Of a DNA stretch of 64,000 bases, positions 17,627 through 31,100 are shown piece after piece (positions within the stretch are counted from its first letter, which is position 1; each line of letters starts with the position of its first letter). The notes beneath the pieces were generated by a model. The model searched no databases, was not told where the DNA came from, and worked only from the letters and a program-made list of their open reading frames with translations. Made by a program: the position numbers and the translations under genes. Source of the DNA: Collinsella sp. (GTDB lineage Bacteria; Actinomycetota; Coriobacteriia; Coriobacteriales; Coriobacteriaceae); the NCBI GenBank assembly GCA_048500675.1, contig DBFSAO010000141.1:3782-67781 (forward strand), in the 5' to 3' direction.

Positions 17627-18595
17627 ATGAACGACATTCTCGCAAGAAGTGCAAGACGCGCAACCGTGGGCATCGCCCTTTCCGCGGCACTTGTCGCAGG
17701 AATCGCCCCCGCAACGGCGATCGCGGCGGAAACCAGTTCCCCCACCGGTGCAGTTGCCTTGCAGGCGGAAGATGCGGCCACCGCAAAAGAAAAAGCGTAT
17801 GCAGCCATGCAGGAAGCGCTCAAAAACCTCGAGGCCGCAAAAGTTGCCGCAAGTCCCGAGAAACTTGCGGCAATCGATGATGACATTGCCGCATTTCAAG
17901 AACTCTACGACATGGTGGTGGCGGAAGCCGCCAAATGGAGGAAACCCCTTCCCGCCATGCAAGCGAACGTCGATGCAGCCCAAGCCAAATACGATGAGGC
18001 CCACAACCGGACAAGCGGCCTTCAGGCAGAATTAAATAAGGCAATCGGCGACGGAGCTTCTAACGAAACTATTAAGCAGTTGCGAAGTGAGATCATGTCG
18101 GCAGAAAGGCGAGAAAAATCTTGTGAAGATGATCTTCACTCCTACCAACGCCAGCTCGAAAGCCAGGAAAGACAGGTTCAGCGTTTCGAAAGTGAGGCGG
18201 AGGAAGCTAAAGCCCACATCGACGAGGACATAACCAAGCAAAACGCGCTCCTCGACGATTTGGAAAAGGCGCAAGCGGCCTATGACGATGCCTGCAAAGC
18301 ATACGAAGAGGCAAAAGCCGCGGCAGACAAGGCCACCTCACCCGAGATAACGAAACCCGCCGAGACGACAAAACCCTCCAGCTCAGCGCAGCCGGCCGAA
18401 ACGGCACAGCCCGCCAGCTCGCCCGCGACCGGCAAATACGCTCCATCGAGCTCCACCAAGCAAGCAAATACGACCACCGGCAAGCTCGCGAACACAGGCG
18501 ACACAGCGCCGAGCGCAATCACACTCGCAGGAATCGCCGCCGCAGGCCTCGGAATAACCGCCACAGCCACACGCCGCATCAAGAACTCAAAATAG
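17627..18595 (+). CDS. Coiled-coil surface protein with signal peptide and LANTG sorting signal (paralog B)
   Basis: The first 42 aa are identical to paralog A and the same C-terminal stalk/anchor is present, but the central coiled coil has diverged. The promoter/leader is also duplicated. Confidence 0.8.
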   Translation: MNDILARSARRATVGIALSAALVAGIAPATAIAAETSSPTGAVALQAEDAATAKEKAYAAMQEALKNLEAAKVAASPEKLAAIDDDIAAFQELYDMVVAEAAKWRKPLPAMQANVDAAQAKYDEAHNRTSGLQAELNKAIGDGASNETIKQLRSEIMSAERREKSCEDDLHSYQRQLESQERQVQRFESEAEEAKAHIDEDITKQNALLDDLEKAQAAYDDACKAYEEAKAAADKATSPEITKPAETTKPSSSAQPAETAQPASSPATGKYAPSSSTKQANTTTGKLANTGDTAPSAITLAGIAAAGLGITATATRRIKNSK

Positions 18596-18646
18596 CTGCC
18601 AGCGGCTATTGTCTTTGCCAATCCACAAGCCCAGAGACAAAAAGAG

Positions 18647-18682
18647 GTCCGTTTCCCCAACCCAGGGAAACGGACCTTTTTA
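18647..18682 (+). terminator. Intrinsic terminator GGTCCGTTTCCC-N6-GGGAAACGGACC plus TTTTTA
   Basis: 12-bp stem plus T-run; homologous to the terminator after paralog A. Confidence 0.7.
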
Positions 18683-18801
18683 ACTGCAAAATCCAAGCAA
18701 CAGCACCGCCGCCTCCTGAACCACATAGCCACCGCGTTCCAGACAACGCCAGCGAGCAGCAAAAGGCACGGGATTAAATTATTCAGATAAATGTGACCCT
18801 T

Positions 18802-18941
18802 CAGGCGGTTTTGGTCGGCTACCCGCGAGTGCCGGCAGGGCGCTTGGTAGTCGAGCGATCCCGCAGGCGAAGCCGAGGACCAGCGAGACACCAAGCGCCC
18901 TGCCGGCACTCGCGGGTAGCCGCGGCACCAAAAAACGCCTG
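18802..18941 (-). repeat. Long palindrome, tentative family P copy 4 (140 bp)
   Basis: 32-bp perfect inner stem GGCTACCCGCGAGTGCCGGCAGGGCGCTTGGT / complement, extended by CAGGCGGTTTTGGTC / GCACCAAAAAACGCCTG. The loop carries CCGCAGG and CCGAGGAC motifs also seen in P3. Confidence 0.7.
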
Positions 18942-19133
18942 CGCACTCGATGGATTCGGATGCCCGACAGAGGCTCCTTATGGCTGCTTCCTTCCGGACC
19001 TGACCAGATTCGGAACATGTCGTCATCCGAACCCATCGAACGCGCTAGGCGCTCGGTATATCTTACCTGCTCCCGCCCGCCACGGCAAGTGGGGCGAACC
19101 CATCGGATGGATTCGCCCCACTCGTCCATATCG

Positions 19134-22100
19134 CTAGCGGCGCCTGCGGTACAGGACCGCGCCGCCCGCGACGGCCAGCGCGCCGATGCCGGCCATGGCG
19201 CCGAGCGCCTCGACCGGCAGGCTGCGGTCGCCGGTGTCGGGCATACCGCCCTTGGAGCCGTCACCGCTAGCGCCGCTGCCGGAGCCGTTATCTGAACCGC
19301 CGCCCGAGCCGCCGCCCGGCGTGCCGGGGTTCTCGGGGGTGCCGGGGGTCCCGGGCTCCTCGGCATAGCTGTTGGTGAAGACCGGCGGCATGTTGGCGTC
19401 GCCCTCGTAGGAGACCTTCGCCGACAGATAGCCCGTCTTGGTGCCGTCTGCCGCCTCGTCGCTCACCGTGACGACGATCTTGTGCACCGCCTTGTCGTAG
19501 GTCACGTGCGCCTGGCCGTCGTCGACCTCGCTCACCGTGAAGGTGTAGGTGCCGGCCTGCTTGAAGGTCAGCGCATCGAACGTGACGCTGCCGTCCGCGG
19601 CATTCTTGGCGGTCGACATGACCTTGCCGTCCCGGCTCTTGAGCTCAAAGCTAAACTGGCCCGCCTTGAGCTCGGCGCCCTTGAGCACCTTGGCGGCGCC
19701 CAGCTTGAGGGTGACGGGTGCGGCCTCGTAGCCGTTGGTAAAGGTCACCGAGGTGTCGCCCACGGCATTGCCCTCGGCATCCGCCAGCTCGTGCCTGACG
19801 GTGAGCGTGCCGTTTCCGGCGTCGGCAACCGTCGTGCGCACGCGGTACGCCGCCCTGTCGTACGTCACGCCGCCCGCCGTGCCGGCGATCTCGCGCAGCT
19901 CGTAGCCGTGCGTACCGGGCGCGGTGTAGGTAACGGGGCTGAGCGCGACCGTGCCGTCGGCGGCGTTCTTGCCCGTCGCCGCGACGCTCTCACTGCCGTC
20001 GGCGGCAATCTCGACCAGCTGGAACTCGAACTCGCCCTCGGCCAGGTCGCGGCCCTTGAGCTTCTTGTTCACCTTGATCTGGTCGGTGACGGAGCTCGGC
20101 GTCGGGTTCACGCCGTAGGTGTTGGTGAACTCGAACGCGCCCTTGCCCTCGGGCGTACCCTCTGCGGGCAGGACCTCCGCGACGAGCGTGCCCGCGTTGG
20201 TGTCCTCGACCACCTTGACCGCGAAGGTCCTCGTCGCCGTCGCGTCGTTGACCACGCCGTCGACCGAACCGGACTCGCTCACCCGGTAGGCGAACGTCTT
20301 GGTGCGCAGGCCGCCGCCGTCGATCTTGACGTCATCGAGGTCGCTCGGCTGCCTGAACGTGACGTGGCCCAGCTCGACGTTGCCGGCGGCGTCGTTGGTC
20401 GCCTCGGTCACCGTCTTACCGGAGGCGTCGACCGGCGCGGGCGCGCCGTCCAACGGCGTGATCTTAAAGGTGTACTTGCCCGCAATGTCGGCCTGCGTGA
20501 GGCCGAGTCCGGCCTGGCCGAGCGCCAGCGTCTTGGTGCCCGCAAGGTCGACCGTCGCCTCGTTGGTGCCGTAGCCGTTCACAAACGACAGCGTGCCGTC
20601 GGAGCCCTCGGGGTAGACCACGGCCACATCCAGCCCGCCCTTGCCGTTATCGGTCACCTTGACCGTGATATCGAAGCTCGAGGCGGTCGCCGTCACGCCC
20701 GCGGACAGCCGGTCCGTGCCGTCCTCGGATACGGTATAGGGAATGACCCAGGAGCCGTCGGCGGCCCTGGTGGCGATGCCGTCCGCCACCATCCGCTCGA
20801 GAGCGTCGGTGGTGTAGGCAATGGGCGAGAACGCAAGTCCCGCGGCCTCGCCGTCGCCGGAGGCCTGGTTGGTCGCGGTCGCGACCGCGTTACCCTGGGC
20901 ATCGCGTACGGAGAACGAGAACTCGCCCGCCGCCGCGGCGCGACCCGTCAGCGTCTTGGTGGCGTTAATTGCCACGTTGCCCTCGCCGCCGAGCGTTCCG
21001 GTGGCCTCGTAGGAGTTCTCGAACGCGACCGTCACGGGCGCAGGCGTCGCCATGGCGTCATCTGCCGTGGAGACCTCGCTGCGGGTAACCTCGACACCGT
21101 CCTTGGCAACCGTGGTCGTGACTATGAGCTTGCCCGTCGCGGTATCGTAGGCGGGCGCGATGGTCACCGTGCGCGGCGCGGTGTCGTTGGCGTAGCCCTC
21201 GCCGCCGAGCTTGGTCTCGGCGACGGTGAAGCGGTAGACCTTGCCCGCATCGGCATCGGTGAACTTCACGTCGCCCTCCGCGGCACCGCCGATGAGGTCG
21301 ACCAGGTCGGCCGCGCCGTCATCGGCCGCGGCCACGGCGTAGGCGTCCTTGTCGGTCTTAAGGCCGAGCTTGGCGGCCGTCTCGGCGTCCGCGGTCACGG
21401 TGAAGGCGAACTGCCCCGCCTCCATGGCGCGACCACAGAGCGTCTTGGACAGGCGCACGCCCGCGCGGGCCGAGTAGTCGAGCTCGGTCGTGTAGGTGTT
21501 GACGAAGTCGCCGCCGCTCACCTCCGCGATCGCGGGCGTCGTGACCGCGAGGTTGCCGGAGCCGTCATCGGTCACGGTCACCGTCATCGTGGCGACGTGG
21601 CCGTCGTAGGCCACGCCGGCGATGGCAGAGCCGTCATCGGGCCTGACCTCGCGCACCGTGTAGGTGAGGGTCTTGGCGCGCACGCGCTTGCCGCCGACCT
21701 CGGCGAACTCGGCATCCTTGATGTCATCGAGCGTGTAGCGGATGGAGCCGAAGTCGAAGGCGACCTTAGCGCCCGCCCTGGTGCCGGCGGCGGCCGTCAC
21801 ACTGACGGTCTTGGAGCCGTCGGCAGATCCCTCGGGCATGGGGGCGCCGTCCTCGCCCGCAAGCGCGAACTGGAAGCTGTCGCCCTCCGCCCAGTCGCGA
21901 CCCTTGAGCGTCTTGGTGAAGAGCCCCGCGGTGGAGACGTCCCTGCCCTCGGCAGCCGTTCCGTACGTATTGGTGAACGCGACGGTCGAGCCGTCCTCGG
22001 TCACGGCGCCTTCGGCCTTGGAGCCGTCAGCCCCGTTGACCGTGGTCGTATAGCCCTCGGCGGCGTCCTCGGCCACGGTGTAGCGCGCGCCCACGGGCAG

Positions 22101-25100
22101 GCCGGTGATGGCCTTCTCCTCACCGTCCTTAAGCTTGAAGGTCGCCTTACCGTCCATGAAGGTCACGGCGTTCTTGCCCTTGCCGAAGGTGCCGGAGACG
22201 GGCTCGCCGTCCCCGTCGGTCAACGTGACCGCAAAGCCGAACTCGCGCTGGCTGTCGCCGACGACGACCGTCTTCTTGACGGTGAGGCTGCCAGTCTTGG
22301 CGGTGTTGGTAAAGACCGCCGCCTCGACCGTGCGCTCAGCAGCGTCGCCCGCATCGTCGGTCAGCTGTGCAATCTTGGTCTTGGCAGACAGCTTACCGGC
22401 ACCCTCGTCGGTCACCGTAACGGTGGCACGATAGGTGGCCTTCGAAAACGTGAGTGCCGCCTCGTCACCCGACTGCTCGGTAATCACATAGGTATAGGTA
22501 CCGGGCTTGGTGTACTCGATGGTACCGAAGTTGCCGACCTGGGCATCCTTGTGCAGCTCAATCGTCGACACGCCGTCTTTGACGCCCTTGGGCATAGGTG
22601 CCTCGCCCTGGGCAGTCAGCGTCATGGTAAAGGCATCCGATGTCATCCAGTTGCGTCCGGAGATCTTCTTTTGCACCTTAAAAGCGTTTTCCACCTTCGT
22701 GGACTCCACGCTGTAGACGTTGGTGAAGCCCACCTGCGTCGCCTGCCCAACGGTACCTTTCTGGGGATTCGCCTTATCGGCAACCGTAAAGCCGTCCTCA
22801 CTCGTCATGAGCTCACCCTTGGAGTCGAGCTCCTGCACCTCGTAGTGCGCACCCGCAGGCAAGGTAACCGTGACGGAGCCACCGGCCTTAAGCGCGATGG
22901 TGTCACCGCTCTTGATCTGCCCACTTACATAGGTACCATTGGTGCCACTGGGGCGACCGGCGTACGCAAAAGTGCCGGCCAGAGGCGTTGTGCCATCGGC
23001 CTGGTAGAGCAGCACCTTAAAGGTAAATGCCTTGTTGGGCGCGGTGATGCCTTCGGCGGCCGTGACCGTCTTGCTCAACGTCAGGCGCCCGTCAGAGACC
23101 TCATCGGTGGTGGTGTTGGTCTTGACGGCAGGGTTGTTGCCGACCGCCACCGACGCCTGGTTGGAGATGTCGCCCGAAGCGCCGCCGCTCTTGAACGCGT
23201 CCTCGGTCACGCGAACCTTAAACTGAACCGTGCCCTCCTTGCCGGCGGGAACGTCCGCCAGCGTCCAGGTGAGGTTGCCGTCGTTGTCCTTGGAGCCGGC
23301 ATCCTTGTGATCGCCCGCGAACTCCACGAACTTGGTCCCCACGGGAACGGTATCGGTAATCGTCACCGTGGCAGGTGCGCCCTCGGTGTTCTTGTAGCCG
23401 ATGGTGTAGGTGAGCTCATCGCCCAACTTAACGCCCGACCCCTTCGAATCCTGAGCATCGCTCTCGGACTTCTTGGGCACGTAATTGGTCGTGGTGCCGG
23501 TATAGCTCTTGTTGTCAACCGTTACGGTAGCTTTGTTCTCAACGGTGCCGACCGCGCCCTGGGCGTCCTTCACAGCGTCCCCGGTAATCTTGACGCGCAC
23601 GCGCACCGAACCGTGGCTGCTCGCAGGCTGCTCACCCAGGTTCCAAGTAAGCGACTGACCGCTCGCAGCGCCCTTATCGGCATGCTTGCCCTCAAAGGCC
23701 TCGAACACAACGCCGGCAGGAAGCTCGTCGGTCACGGTCACGTTGGACGGAACCAGATTACCGTTGGCATCGGCCTCGGTATTGACCCAGTTGATGGTAT
23801 AGACGTAGGAGTCGCCCACAGAAAGCAGCTGCCCGTCGATGTCCACATTAGGCTTCGCGACCGTGCCGGTCGTCTTGACCTTATCGCGCGTATTGTGGAA
23901 GACAATCTTGCCGTTCTCGGTACCATCGCGATAGGTCACCCTGGGCGTCAGCGTGCCATCGTTGTTGTCGGTCACCTCGAGCAGCACGCGACACGTCGCG
24001 GATGTATCCACGGGGCGGACGCCCTCGGGCAGGTTGGCCAAGCGCTCCTTTGCCACCAGGTTAAAGCTGTAGGTGGTGGTGTGGTCGGCATTGTGCCGCT
24101 TGGTGGCAACGCCATCGTTGACGGCGCGGGCAAGGTCAATCGTCTGCTCATCAGTTCCGCTGGTGGCATCGCCAAGCTTAAAGTAAACCTTACCAAAGTC
24201 GACCTTTGCTTTGCCGTTCTCACCCGTCTTGGTCTTACCCTCATCCATCTTTTCGAGCGAGCCATCGGCCTTCTCGGCATACAGGTAAAACGTATACTGG
24301 CCAGCCTCGATCTTGTCGCCGGAGTCCATTACCTTTTGGGCATGGAGGCCGTCGAATGTTCCAGTCGCAGCGTAGCTGTTGGTAAAGAATACCTGAGCCT
24401 TGGCAGCACCGTTCTCGGAGCTAAAGGTCTTCGTATCGCGGGGCTCTTCAACGTCGTTGGCGTCATAGTGCTTGACCGTGGTCACGGTATAGAGCGAACC
24501 GTCGTCGCGCTTCTTAACCGCAATCTCTACCTTCCAAGAGGTTGAGTCGTATGTATAGCCGCCCTTGCCGCCGCCATTCTCGACAACCTTGTAGGTGAAC
24601 GTCTTGTCTGCATCTTCCGTCGCGAAGGTCAGGCCGTCCAAAATACCGGTGTGGGACGTGCCATCGGCCTGCGGCTCATCGTTTGTAACGACAAGCTCTC
24701 CCTTATCCTTGTCCGCACGCAACAACTCCTTAAGCTTTTCGGTTGAGACGGTGTCTTCGCCCGTTACCGTAAAGCCAAACATGCCGGCATGCAGGTCGTG
24801 CCCGTTAAGCGTCTTGACGATCTCAAGACCGCCCTGGAGCTCGTAGCTCGTTGAAGTTTGGTAACTATTGGTGAAGATGAAGCCTTCCGAGCCGGTCGCA
24901 CCATCGGCGCGGGCCACAAGCTTGCCGCCCTCATCGGTTACAGTGATGGTCAGGTTATAGGTGTGCGCATCATACGTCCACTCGCCGAGACCGCCATTCG
25001 GGACCAGCTCGTTAATAGCAAACTTATACGTGCCCGGCTTGTTAAAGGTGAGCTTCGAGAAGTTAACCTGATAGTGCTCCCCGTCCTTGAGGCCCTCCTT

Positions 25101-28100
25101 CGTTTGCTTCTTCTCGGCATAGCCGTTGTCCACGCTCATCGAAGAGCCGGTGATGAGCTTGCCGTTGATGGCAGTCTTGGTAGCATCGTCAGCCGCGGTC
25201 ATGGCAAAGGTGAACTTGTCCGGAGCATTGGCACCGACAACCACCTTCGTCACAGACGGAGTATAGGTTGCCGCCTCGGTGACCGTATAGGTGTTCTTGA
25301 ATTTGACCGTCGCGACACCGGTGGACGTCGCACCCGACGGGTAGATCCACTGGCCCTCAAGCTCATCCTTGCCATCGACCTGCTTGCTTACCGCTGTCGT
25401 GACTCTAAGCGTACCGTCGCCGTTATCCGCCACGACAGCCCTAACCGTATGGACCGTATTGTCGTACGTATAGCCCGTCGCTTTGTCGTCAATCTCGCTC
25501 ACCGTATAGGTGAACGTCTTGCCGGCATCATCCTGAGTGAAGATCAGCCCGCCCGCAGGTACCAAACTCACGGTCTTGGGAGCATCGGCCTCGACACTTG
25601 CAGTCTCAAAGACCTTGCCATTCGTGGAAATGCCAACCTTGCTGGCAGATGTCTCATCGGCAGGCTTGACGATATAACGGAACGTGCTCTTGGGCGAGCC
25701 AAAAATGGTCGCGTCCTTGGGATACGTCAACGTCTTCTCGATCTGCAAACCGCCAGCGGCGCTATAGTCGAGGCTTGCCGCATAGTGGTTCACAAACGAG
25801 ACGGTGGGCGTCGTGGCGCCGGCCTCGCTTGCGTCGTACTGCTGCACGTAAGTATTCGGTTTTTGCTTGAGCTCGACGATCTTTTCGTCCGTCAGCGCGC
25901 TCGCATCGGCGCCGTCGCCCAGCAGCTCCGTCACACCCGCGCCCTTGAGCACGGTCGTCACGGTATAGAGCTTAGCGGGGTCGTTCTCGCGTGCAAGAAC
26001 CTTGACGAGCACGATAGCGTCACCAGCGTAGCCGGTGTCATAGGTGTAGCCGGCAGCCGCAGGCTGGTTCTCGTGGATGCGATAGGCAAACGTACGCCCC
26101 AGGTCCTGTTCCGTGAGCTTGCGGGCAAAGAGCTTCTCTTGCCCGCTTGCGCCCACCACGGCACCGGACACGCCAGTCCCCGCAGCCTTATTGGACAGGC
26201 TAGCCTCGGCGCCGTCGACCGATGTCTGAGCGCCGTTGTACCAAAGGCCCGTCACGGCAAAGGTAAACTGTCCCGCGGCAGAAGCGCGACCCTCAAGGGT
26301 CTTGCTGACCGTCACGCCACCAAAGGTGCCCGATGCATGGTACGCGTTGGTAAAGGCAGCCTTGTCGGTTACGACCTTGTCCGCATCGGAGGCACCGGTG
26401 TTGGCGTAGGTCACGCTCGACACGCGCAGCATGCCCGTGTGGTTGTTGCCCGACTCGTCCAGATCGGTCACCACAACGGTCGCGCGTGCGGTGTGCTTGT
26501 CCATGGACATGCCCGCCTGGCCATCCTGCGCAGCTTTCTCGGTGATGTTGAAGCTAAAGGTGCCTGCGCGGTTGAACGTCACGGTCGGGGCGGCTTCGGT
26601 GCCAACAAAGGAGAACGAGGCCACGCGTCCCGACTCGGGCGTGCTGGCGACTGCCTGGTTGGCGTTAACGGCAACAACCCCATCCTTCACCGCCTGTGCA
26701 GTGGTTTTGCTCAAACCAGTTGCGTTGGCATCGTCCGCAGCAGCGGTGAGGTTAAAGGTATAGCGTTCGCCCTGGTTCCAGTCGCGACCGCTCACAGTCT
26801 TTTGGCCCTGCAGGGTCACGCTCGTGGGCTCCACGCTATATATATTGGTAAAGGAAGGTGTGGCATCCTTGTCCAGCTGCTTTACCGAGCCGTCCTCTGC
26901 AACCTTGTAGTACTCGATCGAAGTCTGGATGCCGGCACCCTTCTTGGCGTTGCGCACCAAGGCATAATAGACCGACCCGTCGTAGGTCATGCCCGTAATG
27001 CTACCGAGATTCTCAGCGAACTTGTACACGTAGGCGCGTCCCGCATCCGCCTTGGCGGTATAGGAGATCGCCGGCCATGCCACCGTACCGTCAGCGTTGT
27101 TGCCCACGGTCACGGTATTGTCCTCGGCACCCTCGGGCATGGGAGCCGTCACGCTCGCATCGACCGTATTGGGACTGAACACAGCGTTGACGTCCGCATA
27201 GCCGCCAACGCCCTCGAGCGTAAAGCTAAAGGCGTTCTGGGAAAGCGGGAAACTCCCGGCGTTGTCGGTCAGGATCTTTTGAGCATGGATGGTGATCTTC
27301 GCTTCGTGTGTATCGTAGTGGTTGGTGAAGGTTGCAACCTTACCGGCAACATCCGTCTTGGTGTCGGCACCCGCGTCGTCGCACTCCTGCACCACCTTCA
27401 CGCTCGCAACGGCCAGAGCACCGGCATGGTTATCCTCCACCACGACTGTCGCGGTATAGACGGCAGCAGAATAGCTTATGCCGTCCGCACCGGCATCGGA
27501 GCCGGGGATAACCTCCTTGATGGTATAGGTGTACATGCCGGGCTTGGTATAGGTAATATCGCCAAACGTCGCCGGCTGGTCGTTGGTGAGCTCGACCGTC
27601 GCCACCTTGCTCTTGGCACCGCCGGGCATAGGAACGCCGTCGTCGGCTGTAAGCTGCGCGGTAAAGGAATCGCCATCGGCCCAATCGCGACCTTCGAGCA
27701 CCTTCTTGGCGCTCAGACCGTTTTTGGCCTCAAGTGTTACGCGGTTGGCGCTGTAGTTGTTGGTGAACTCAAGCGTGTTTTCAGCGGGAATCTGTCCGCC
27801 CGCAAGCGCGACAATCTTGCCCTCGATGGTGTTGCCAGTTCCCGACTGCTCCTCGCCACCGACCTTACGTTTCACGAGGCTAAAGCCGGCCGGAAGCACC
27901 GACTCGTCAGCAGAGCCGGTAACAGTGTTAACGATGCTCGCCAGCACGTTGCCGCTGGACTCCTCGCCCTTGGTGGTGAGCTCGCTCACGCTATACTTGT
28001 CGCCCTGCTTAAGGTCGTATACGCGGATGGTCTCGCCGGCCTTGATGGAATGGGTGTCGCCGTTCTTGAGCGTGAAAGATTTGCCCACAGCTTTGCCATT

Positions 28101-31100
28101 CGCATCGAACACGTGCGCCTCGTAGCCCTTCTGGGACTCCGGCAGGGTGAACTTAAACGTAAACGTCAGATCGCTGCCGTTCGCATCCTTGGTGGGCGCG
28201 GTAAGGCCACTGTCCGCCGTCACGGTCTTAGTCACTTGCAGGCGTGCCACGCGACGATCGGTATACTGCACGGCCGTTGCCGTAGTAAAGAGATGATTGA
28301 GCTGAAGCGTGCCCAGATCGGTGCCATTGGTGGCATCATCGTCTTGATAAAGAGCCATGCGGTTGATGCCCGTATCGGCAAAGATCGTCGCCAGCTTACC
28401 GTTGCGCTCGCCACCGTCCTCGACATAGCGCAGGATGGTCTTGGCGCCTTGCATCGTCTTGTCATAGCGCATATGCATCAAGTTGTCCGCAAGAGAAGGC
28501 GTCACACCCTTGGCGGTACTTGTCTGGCCCCATGTTAGGTTTTCGCTGGCATCTGAGCCAGTTGCACTCTGCAGCTTGCCCTTAATGTGCGTAAGCGTGT
28601 TGTCGATGGAATCGGGAGAGCCAAACTGCGCCAGAGAAGCAATCAGCGAACCCGGACCGCTCATACTGAGCACGCCGTCGCCTTCCTCGCCGGCATCCAC
28701 ATACACACCCGAATCGTCCACGATTACCTTGGTGATGGTGTTGTTGATCTCATGGCCATCTGGACTTACAGACTCACGCAGGTAGTACGTGCCCTTGATA
28801 AGGGGCGCATGCTTTGCCGAATCGAGCGGGAAGCATGCAGCACCCTCAATGTCATACGGATAGGTCATGCCGTTTGCCTGCACGGTGTCATACGGCGTGG
28901 CGCCGGCTTCAATGGCATACGTGCTGGGGCTATCGCCGGTAACATCCTCGGCCTTGTACAGCTCAAACGTCGCGTCGTTCACGGGCTTGCCCAGGTCGTC
29001 GACCTTCTGCACAAACAGGCGGTTCTGGACGTTAGTGAGGTGGATCACCGTAGAGAACTGCCTGTTTGTCGTTTGATATGGGACCATGGAGGTGTTGTCG
29101 GTGGTTGCCTCCGCCAGAGATGATGCCGTGGTGTGATACACCGCCACGGTATATTCGGACTGGGACTTGTCTTGCAACATGACGGCATACGTCTCGATAT
29201 CGCCGGGCAGCGACCTGACCGTCACCTCGTAGTCACCCTTGGTGTTGACGCCAAAGACGCTCGTGTCCGCCGATTTGGCAGCCTCGACCGCACCGGCAAT
29301 GCCGTGCGCGGAGCACAGCTTATAGCCATTGAGCGGGTTGCCCGTGACCGCCGTCCACGCTATTTCGTCCGTGTCTTTCTTAGTTTCATCGGTGCGCTTG
29401 AGCACCACGGCAAACGTCGTACCCGAGCTAATGGGGTTATTCTTATTGTCTCTTGTTTCTTTATTAAGAGAAATGGTCTCCTTGGCAGCCAGATAGCCAC
29501 CGTTCAGCCACATGCGGCTGCCCGTCCATTGCGTTGTGCCGTCGGCCATGGTGACCGTCGTCTGCGGTGCAACCACCACACCACCCGAGCCACTCGCCGC
29601 AGCTTGCTTGTACTGCAGGTGTAGCTCACCCGGCGTTGCAGTGGTCGACGAGGTCAGGCTCGAGCGGTATCCCTCGGGCAGGTCTGTCTCTTTGAGTACA
29701 AAGTAGTCGTGCCCATCAGCATGCTGGCTATCGAATGAAAGAACGGAGCCGTCCGACTTCAGAAACACCAGCTGGCCCTTATCGTCCGTCGTGCCCTGAG
29801 CGATGGGATCGCCCTGCGTCTTCCAGTTGGCATCCGACTGATACAGCGCAAACTTGGCGCCCTGGACTGCCTCACCGTTCTGATTGACCTTCTCGACCTC
29901 GGACGACGGCAGGGTGGTGAGGTTGAACTTAAGCGACATGTTCGATGCGCCCGCGCCACGCTCCAGATAGAAGAAGCTCAGCGTGTGCTTAGTGCTGTCG
30001 CGGAAGGTGTTGCCGCGGAAGTTGGTGGTATCTGCGCCGGCGGCTTTGAACATTGCTTTGATGGTAGTATCCGGAAAATACTTTGGTGAACCATTTGCGC
30101 CATCAATATGTCCAACGCGCACCACACCAGTAGCGAAGTTAATATCAAGCGTCGCCTTCTCGTGGATGCCACCCAGATCGCCCACGAGCACGCCGTCGAT
30201 ATAGACCCAGACGTCGTCGTCACCCGAGAACTTAAAGACCATGTCATTGTTATCGGTGGTCTTGCCACCCGCAGGCTGGACGAACTCCGTGGTCATGGAC
30301 ATGCCAAAGTGGTGGTTGAGCTTATCGTTCGTTCCGTCCGTTATTCCTATAGGAGAGAGCCGGCCGTTCCTCTCTTCAAAAACCTTGTCAGCCGAGTCAA
30401 AGGGGAAGAACTGACCCCGATTCGCATCCGACACGCTGTCCTTATATACGCCCGCCTTATCGTAGACGTCAAAGGAGTTAGTCGTGAAGTTATACACAGC
30501 ATAGTTGCCGTCAGAGCCGTACGAATCGTAAACGTAATAGCCATCCTTGAGCTGGAAAAGGCCTTGTACGTTGTTGTGAACGGCCTTGCCGTCCTGCTTG
30601 CCATTTGCCTGGCTGTCGTTATTAAAGAGATAATCGAGCGACTCGTCTTTGTACGTACCGTGCGTGTTATACGAGGTGTAGGTGCCAGCATTGATCGACG
30701 GATAGCCCTTTACCAGTGTGTTCTTCACAAACGAAAGACGTCCAAAGCCGCCAATAACACTTTTTCCCGTCCATTTATTAATGCCCGATCCGGCGCCGCC
30801 ATTGAACTTGAGCTGATGGTCTTTATTGATGCCGGTGTTGTCATTCTTGTTGTCGTTGTTTATGTTCTTCGAGCTGTCGTTGTCGCCGTTCACGACCCAG
30901 TAGTCGAACAGATTGACCGTAGTGCCGGTGGGATTCACCGTCTGCACGGTATGGTTGCTAAAAGGAACCGCTTGATCGGCCGACGCACTCGTCGCACCAA
31001 ACATGAGCGCACACGCCGCCAGCGGGACGGCCAAAACCCTCAGGGCACGCTTGGCGGTATCGGTTTTCTTGCCAAAAGGCTTTAGCATTTCTCGAGCTCT

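Noticed and set aside
16261-18595. Diversity-generating retroelement acting on the variable cores of the coiled-coil paralogs
   Set aside because: No reverse transcriptase, no template repeat/variable repeat pair with adenine-specific differences, and no accessory gene is present in the window. The differences include indels and all substitution types.
18280-19366. 248-aa and 195-aa minus-strand ORFs between paralog B and the giant adhesin
   Set aside because: They run through palindrome P4 and the antisense of paralog B. Their composition is Arg/Pro/Ala-rich and no motifs are present.
19482-28538. 1687-aa and 1226-aa plus-strand ORFs (19482-24545 and 24858-28538) antisense to the giant adhesin gene
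   Set aside because: The composition is extremely biased (R/G/A/V/L/H) and no domains are present. The opposite strand encodes a coherent modular adhesin with a signal peptide and sorting signal.
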